Positions 52,323 through 64,000 of a stretch of 64,000 nucleotides of DNA are shown piece by piece (position 1 is the first letter of the stretch; each line of letters begins with the position of its first letter). The translations under genes were made by a program, and so were the position numbers. The stretch is from the human T2T-CHM13v2.0 reference genome, Homo sapiens. Location of the stretch: the NCBI RefSeq assembly GCF_009914755.1, contig NC_060928.1; one strand, 5' to 3'. A model generated the notes under the pieces. That model made no database searches. It was given only the letters and a program-made list of their open reading frames with translations, and was not told the origin of the DNA.

Positions 52323-52432
52323 TGGATTTTATTAAAATGCAGATTCTGATTCAGCAGGTCGAGGGCAGGGTCTGCATTTCCAACAAGATGATGCTGACAC
52401 AGCTGGGCCATGACCCACACTTTTAGCAGGGC
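52323..52432. mobile_element. MER5-like fragment
   Basis: TTAAAATGCAGATTCTGATTCAGCAGGTC...TCTGCATTTCCAACAAG. Confidence 0.7.
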
Positions 52433-52711
52433 TGAGCCCCTCAGATGGTGTCTGGCTGCAGAGACTTTCATACATTTTGAAATTTCAGGCATGAGATTTT
52501 GAAAATTTGAATACATGTAACTATACTACCTATCCAAAAAATAGCAAAAGTTATACAAGTGAAATAATTTTTGTTGAAACCCCAGTATTCTCTAAGAGTC
52601 AGGCAGCTGAGTGAAAACATGGGTAAGATGAGCAGTAACAGGCCCTCTGTAGGAATCTTGCCTTTGAGTTGGAAGCTTTTTATCATGCTCATCAAGAAAG
52701 TTTCCTCTCCT

Positions 52712-53398
52712 AGCACCTCTGCCCAGCCGCCCCGTCTGGGAGGTGTACCCAACAGAGACAGCGACCATCGAGAGCGGGCCATGATGACAATGGCGGTTTT
52801 GTCAAATAGAAAAGGGGGAAATGTGGGGAAAAGAAAGAGAGATCAGATTGTTGCTGTGTCAGTGTAGAAAGAAGTAGACATAGGAGACTCCATTTTGTTC
52901 TGTACTAAGAAAAATTCTTCTGCCTTGGGATGCTGTTAATCTATAACCTTACCCCCAACCCTGTGCTCTCTGAAACATGCGCTGCGTCCACTCAGGGTTA
53001 AATGGATTAAGGGCGGTGCCAGATGTGCTTTGTTAAACAGATGCTTGAAGGCAGCATGCTCGTTAAGAGTCATCACCACTCCCTACTCTCAAGTACCCAG
53101 GGACACAAACACTGCGGAAGGCCGCAGGGTCCTCTGCCTAGGAATACCAGAGACCTTTGTTCACGTGTTTATCTGCTGACCTTTCCTCCACTATTATCCT
53201 ATGACCCTGCCACATCCCCCTCTCCGAGAAACACCCAAGAATGATCAATAAATACTAAAAAAAAAAAAGTTAGTGTAAAATAAAGTAGTAGCTTTCCAAT
53301 ATACAAACAATCAAATGATAGATATAATGATGTAACAAAAGATGTACATAACAGTGATTAAAATATTCTTAGGAATATATTTAACAATAAAAAAAAAA
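52712..53398 (+). mobile_element. 5'-truncated SVA (old SVA_A/B-like): VNTR stub, SINE-R, poly-A, 3' transduction, second poly-A
   Basis: CCTCTGCCCAGCCGCCCCGTCTGGGAGGTGTACCCAACAG, then HERV-K-derived SINE-R ending GAAACACCCAAGAATGATCAATAAATACT-A(n). TSD AAGAAAGTTTCCTCTCCT at 52694-52711 and 53399-53416. Confidence 0.95.
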
Positions 53399-53614
53399 AA
53401 GAAAGTTTCCTCTCCTGAACCTCGGCTACACCGCTCTTCACAGACCAAATTGAAGCTTCACTGAGAATGGCTTCAGAGGATTTCCTGAACACAATAATCA
53501 TTTTTTTCTATTTTAGATGTTTTGCTTCCAGAAGGCAAAAAAAAGGACTAAATGAACCTCCGAGCAGAGCCTATATGATGATTTTGCAGGAATATTAAGA
53601 TGGGCCCCCCCCCA

Positions 53615-54080
53615 CTATTATTCTTAGCAAACTAAAGCAGGAACAGAAAACCAAATAGCACATATTCTCACTTATAAGTGAGACCTAATTGATAAGAACA
53701 TGTGGACACAAAGAGGGGAACACACACACACTGGGGACTCTGAGGGTGGAGAGTGGGAGGAGGGAGAGGATAAGGAAAAATAACAGAATCTCCGCTTAGT
53801 TCCTGGGTGATGAAATAATCTGTACAACAAACCCCGTGACATAAGTTTACCTATGTAACAAATCTGCACATCTACCCTAAATCTAAAATAAAAGTTTAAA
53901 AAATTAGAAAAAGAAAAATAGCCAGGCATGGTGGCGTGCACCTGTAGTCCAGCTACTCAGGAGGCTGAGGTGGGAGGATCTCTTGAGCCCAGGAGGTCAA
54001 GGTTGCAGTGAGCCATGATTGTGCCACTGCACTCCAGCCTGGGTGACAGAGTGAGAAATTACCTCTAAAAAAAAAAAAAA
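53615..54080 (+). mobile_element. Old L1PA 3' end (~53615-53915) followed by an Alu right arm (~53919-54080)
   Basis: AAACTAAAGCAGGAACAGAAAACCAAATA...ATCTGTACAACAAACCCCGTGACA, then an Alu monomer. Confidence 0.85.
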
Positions 54081-54159
54081 CGAGAAGGTGGGCCTCCCCG
54101 TGGCATGTATTAGAAAAAGTGCGCCCTCTGGATGGATGAGGCCCCTGGATAGATGGTGC

Positions 54160-54785
54160 TGAAACAGGTCAGGGACACTGGTCTCATTGTCCAAGGTGTT
54201 ATCCAAGCTCGTTGTCTCACAACCAAAAGAATTAAGGAGCGTGGACACAGAGTGAGGTTGGAGCAAAAGTTTAATGAGCAAAAAAACCAAGCTCTCCACT
54301 GTGCAAAGGGGAGCCTGAGTGGGCTGCCGTTTTTACAGTTGAGTCCAAAAGCTTTTAGAAGAAACTCCTCTCATCTATGTAGCTGTTTGAGTAACTTCTC
54401 TTATGTGAAAAGCTGTCTGTAAACCCCACCCCTTATCCACGTAGTTGCGGATATGACTCTAGGCAAGCACAATGCACCGCTTCTCTTGTCCGTGTAACTG
54501 TGGGTTTGTTTTAGGGAAGCCCCCTCCTCTCTGTGCAAGTTCCCACGGAGCCCACCGTGTACTTGTCTGAAAAGAAGGGGAAACTTTTCCCTGGGAGCTG
54601 GTTAATCACACGAAGAACAAAAGGCTTCTGTGCCGGACCTTGCGTGCTTGCCTGTGCAGGTGCAGCCTCAGTTTTCCCCAGGCTGCTCTATTTTTGCCTG
54701 TAGCTGCGATTTTTCAGGCAGGCTGCTTCTCCAAGGACCAGCCTTAACTGTTTACCTAACTGATTTTTCCTTTGCTTCTCCCTCA
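54160..54785 (-). mobile_element. ERV1-type solo LTR, 626 bp (family not assigned)
   Basis: TG...CA termini, 4-bp TSD GTGC (54156-54159 and 54786-54789), minus-strand ATTAAA near 54270. Confidence 0.8.
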
Positions 54786-55164
54786 GTGCTTTACACGAAG
54801 AAAAAGATGCCCTTCCTCACAAGTGTACCTGGCCCACAGCTCAAAGAGCAGAGCTTGGGTTGGATTTGTGAAGGGCACCATTTGACCACCACCGGGGCAG
54901 CCCATCTAAAACTCTCCCAGTCAGCTCATACTAATAAGGAAATCTTGTAGAAAATGGACAGTAAATTAGAGGCAAGTGTTCACAGGAAGCAGTCTTCTTA
55001 TTTGCTTTTCTAATCCCTCTGGTGGCAAGAGAGCCTGAGTGCCGGGAGTTCAGGGAGGCGGAGAGGCTGACAGTGGCGCAACATGGGGCTCCATTTTCCC
55101 TGACTCTGCCTTGGAAGTCTGCCGCTTGGTGTCTGGTCTTTATACCTGATACAGTGTTTGCCTT

Positions 55165-55700
55165 GTGTTATGGCTGAGTTATATCCCCTCACCCAAATTT
55201 ACATGCAGAAGTCTTAATCTGCTGGGCATACTGGCTCACGCCTGTAATCCCAGCACTTTGGGATGCCAAGGTGGGAGGACGGCTCAAGGCCAGGAGTTTG
55301 AGACCAGCCTGAGAAGCATAGTGAGACCTCGTCTCTACAAAAAAAAGAAAATTAAATTTCTAATTCCCAGTGACTCAGAATGTGTCTGCATCTGGCAATA
55401 AGATCTTTAAAGAAGTAATTAAGTTAAAGTTAGGTTATTAGGGTGGTCCCTCATCCAATCTGACTGGCATCCTTATACGAAGAGGAAACAGGGACACAGA
55501 TACACACAGACAGAGGACTGAGTGGAGACACAAGGAGAATTCGGCCATCTACAGGCCAAAGAGAGAGGCTGGAGAAGGAGCCAACCCTACTGACACCCTG
55601 TCCTCAGTCTTCCAGCTCCAGCATTGTGAGGAGATGCCATTGTGTGATGTAAGCCTCCCAGTATGTGGTAATTTGTTATGGCAGCAGGGGGGACTGAAAC
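55165..55700 (+). mobile_element. MaLR LTR (MLT1-type) split by an Alu monomer (~55220-55350)
   Basis: GTTATTAGGGTGGTCCCTCATCCAATCTGACTGGCATCCTTATA...TTTGTTATGGCAGC. Confidence 0.82.
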
Positions 55701-56747
55701 ACCTTGCCGCTAGACCTTGATAATTTATAAGAAAAGTCAGAGGTAAATGCTTGTGAGATTATCGGGAAAGGATGCACCATGATTAGACCCACAAAAGGTC
55801 CTCTCCACTCCCCCACTTCCCCTCCCCAGTGCAAGTCCACCCAGGTTGACAGCGTGGGCTTGAGTGGAAAGTCGGCAGCAGCAACGGAGGCTTGAAGCTG
55901 GCCTTCCTAACTTGAGACTCTCCATGTTTTGATTCAAAGCCAGGAGGATTCAATGACCGCAGTCATTGCAGGGTCTGAATAGCCAAGAAATGCTTGGCTT
56001 CATACAAAGCACTATATACGGACCTGTGTCAGGCGAACTGTTGAAACAGAAGAGACACTGGGAGAAGGCTTTTCCCATTTCTCCAACCACTGCTTCAGAA
56101 AATCTCTGATATGCAGAGAGTGATTATTTCTCCTTGGTCTTTCTGGGATGTTTGAAGGAGAAGTGACCACTCCTCATGCATTTTTCATTCTATAGCCATT
56201 TAAGTCTATTGCTGCCAGGAAAATGAGGGACCGACTAAATGACTTCTAATTAAAAATATAGGAAAGCTTCAAGTGACTTCATGAAGAGGTCATGGCAATA
56301 TAGTGCATTAGTAAATCACCGCAACTCCCCAGATCTAGGCAAATAAGCATAGATCTATTTATTCTTGAATTTTTTTTTCAGGATATGAGTCCTCTGCCCA
56401 AATCCAAAGGCCTACTTGAACACAGTTTCAGTTCCTTTCTTCTTTCCCAGATAACATCAGTGAAACAATTTATGTTCTTCCTCAACAAGAAGAAAGCCAA
56501 ACTCTTCTGATACTATTTCAACAACCCTTATTGCTCCACTCACAGCCTCCCTCAGGTGAAGTTTTTTCTCCCTTTCTCCAAACCTTTGCCTTCCTTCTGC
56601 CTCCTTTGTGGCTAAAATTAACGTACTGCCTAGAACCAGACCTGTCACCTTCTGACTCACATTCTCCCATAAAGGTACTGAAAAGCCTTAAGAAGATTCA
56701 TGAAGCATCATTAGACAATTAAAACTGTCAATATGAAAAAAAAATGT

Positions 56748-56890
56748 GGCCAGACACGGTGGCTCATGCCTGCAATCCTAGCTCTTTGGGAAGCCAAGGC
56801 AGGTGGATCACCAGAGATCAGGAGTTCGAGACCAGCCTGGCCAACGTGGCAAAACCCCATCTCCACTAAAAATACAAAAATTAGCCGGGC
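56748..56890 (+). mobile_element. Alu left arm
   Basis: Left monomer plus linker, then truncated. Confidence 0.88.
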
Positions 56891-56989
56891 AGGGTGGCTC
56901 ACTATAATCCACTGAGAGAATAGCTTTGCTGTCCTCCTTTCTCTATGGAATGCCAAACACCTGTGCTATCTTAGACTAGTCACAGGACT

Positions 56990-57964
<975 letters not shown>

Positions 57965-58387
57965 TCATTATCCACTCTTACTAACAGCCATTTGTTTCAC
58001 TTTATTGGATTCAGCTTCTCTATCCATAGACATGGTTTCTACTGCATGGCTCCTGAAACTTAAATGTGCATATGAATTACTTGGGTATTTTATTAAAATT
58101 TTAATTTACTTCAGTAATTCTGGAGTGAAGGCTGAAATTCTGCATTCCTGTCAAGCTCCCAGGTAATGTCAGTGTTGCTGATCTGAAATTGTACATTGGT
58201 TTAAAATAGTCTATTGTAACCCTTTGTAGGGTTTTCAGGTTCCAAACACAGGCTCTGGGAGTTAAATTATACTAGTAACTTATATATCACTTCTGCCAAA
58301 TAAATAGCCAAATCAATCCATCAATGAATATTTGTTGAATACCTACTCCAAAGTCCCCTGTAAAATATTTTCTTCTTAGTTTGGTAG

Positions 58388-59130
<743 letters not shown>

Positions 59131-59204
59131 TAATATAAGATTTATAATTCAATTGTCTGAAGATGGGCTTCAGAGCCAAAGAACATTTCCAGTGTTCTCA
59201 AGCT

Positions 59205-61429
<2,225 letters not shown>

Positions 61430-62412
61430 CCATGACCCTTTTTATAACACATGCTTTTAACAACCTTGCTACCATTGTGAAAATAAAATAATAGTTTATG
61501 TAACCTACCTACACACACATTTTTGAATCAACATAATTCCTTCACCGTAATGTAAAGAAAGAAAAGAAAAATCGTTCAGGCGTGAGTGTACTGTTGTGTT
61601 AGGAAGGCGAAAGCATCTCCACAAGCACTGTGAGTGCTTCTAGAAGGCAGCGAGAATATCTGAGGCTTGGTGAGACGCTTTCATCGCCATGACTAAGGGT
61701 CCACCCGCAGTTACCGGTTATGATTTCATGGGAGACTCTCAGTTGTACATTTTGTTCAGCTGCTTGGATGCAAGCTCAGAGGTGGCAGAGTTGCATTTAA
61801 TCAGGCTGGCAGCTTTACTGGGGAGTAAATGGACTGAAAATGGTGCAAGGAAGTTTAAGGTCCAGGTCTACAATCTCTATGTGCAATTCCAAAATCCAAA
61901 AGAGCTTTGAAAATACAAGTTGGTTGTTGGTGGTTATCCAAAACTCATTTGGCAGTGAAACTCAGCCTGAATAGACACAAAGCTATTTAGAGCCTTTACT
62001 GATCCCACTTATTTGAGATACTACATAACAGTAGAACTGATTATCTTTCTACAATTTTTTTAAAATCTGAATTTGGAAACATCTGTGCCCTTAGAGCTTG
62101 GGATAAAGCATTATAAACTGTACATGTAAGGGAATTAATAAAATGACGGGCCAGGTAAGCCAAGGCAGGTCAGATAGGAAATAAAGACTTGAGCAGTTAA
62201 GACACAGTGAAAAAAATTGGGCCACCGGATTCCGGGTCCCTGTATGGCAGATTGTGGGGTGGAAGTGCTAGAAGTGAGACAGGAAGCCTGGGAGATACAG
62301 AGCTGGATGCTTTCAACTGAGAATCCGAATGGGGTACAGTTACAGATAATGACGAGTGCAGACCCTACAGTAGCTGAGGATGTCAAGGTGAGGACATCAA
62401 GAATAATCCATC

Positions 62413-62815
<403 letters not shown>

Positions 62816-63319
62816 TTAACATGTGACTGCCTCAAAAGGGAGTGGTGGCCAGTGTCGTCTGAGAGCTTCAGCTGCCGACGAGCTGCCTGCTGACAGGTGT
62901 AGGAAGCAGAAAGGTCGAGCGTGAACAATGGGAACAACACTTACCCATGGGGGTGACATCTAAAGAGAAAGCAGCCTCCACCCGACCCTGCTTCAGGGGA
63001 AGCCACGTCCTCGGGTCGGTTAGGACCAAAAGATGAAGAATTTAGGGATGCAAAATATTTTGCTGATAACTGCCAAGGGGATCAGAAGACACAGAGGAAG
63101 AATTTGGGGGATTCTGCAGGGTTTTGAGCCTGGGTCATCCCAGGAAATGTACAGAGCCATGTGAGGATGAGACTCCAGTGTGGGAGGATGACCTGGGGGT
63201 GTCTGCCTCGCCACCTGCCATGACTGGGATAAAATGGAGTAACTGGCTCAGTCCTAATGATACGTAACAGCAGCATTTTTGCAAAAAGAGCTAGACCTGC
63301 TCATAAGATTGAGTAGTTC

Positions 63320-63930
<611 letters not shown>

Positions 63931-64000
63931 GTTTAATATTTAGCGGGAAAAGCGGAAAAAGAGATTGGAACCAGATTAGTGTGGTTGTCAAAAAAAAAGC

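Noticed and set aside
52820-53256. Independent HERV-K LTR5, and the 73-aa ORF at 53023-53244
   Set aside because: It is preceded by a VNTR stub and followed by poly-A within a long TSD, so it is the SVA SINE-R; the ORF is a common SINE-R artefact.

Overview
Repeat-dense primate (hominoid, judging by an SVA) genomic DNA with no intact protein-coding gene that I can support. Most of the window is retroelement: a near full-length, TSD-bounded L1PB-type LINE-1 (1066-8212, minus), about 35 Alus, L1M/L2 relics, MaLR and ERV solo LTRs, and MER DNA-transposon fragments. Four structures stand out. (1) Two oppositely oriented L1PA 3' halves (26212-28549 minus, 32732-34632 plus) share a sharply bounded 1.7-kb tract that is essentially identical, private lesions included, while their ends differ. 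This is the signature of gene conversion between inverted repeats and a ready substrate for recurrent inversion of the ~4.7 kb between them. (2) A full-length PRDX6 processed pseudogene (48155-50447) with TSDs and two Alu insertions, which appears to keep ancestral residues. (3) A 5'-truncated old SVA carrying a 3' transduction inside an 18-bp TSD (52712-53398). (4) An 80-nt near-perfect hairpin in unique sequence (41499-41578). Several small motif-multiplying tandem duplications are also present. Subfamily calls come from remembered consensus sequences, and old-repeat boundaries are approximate.
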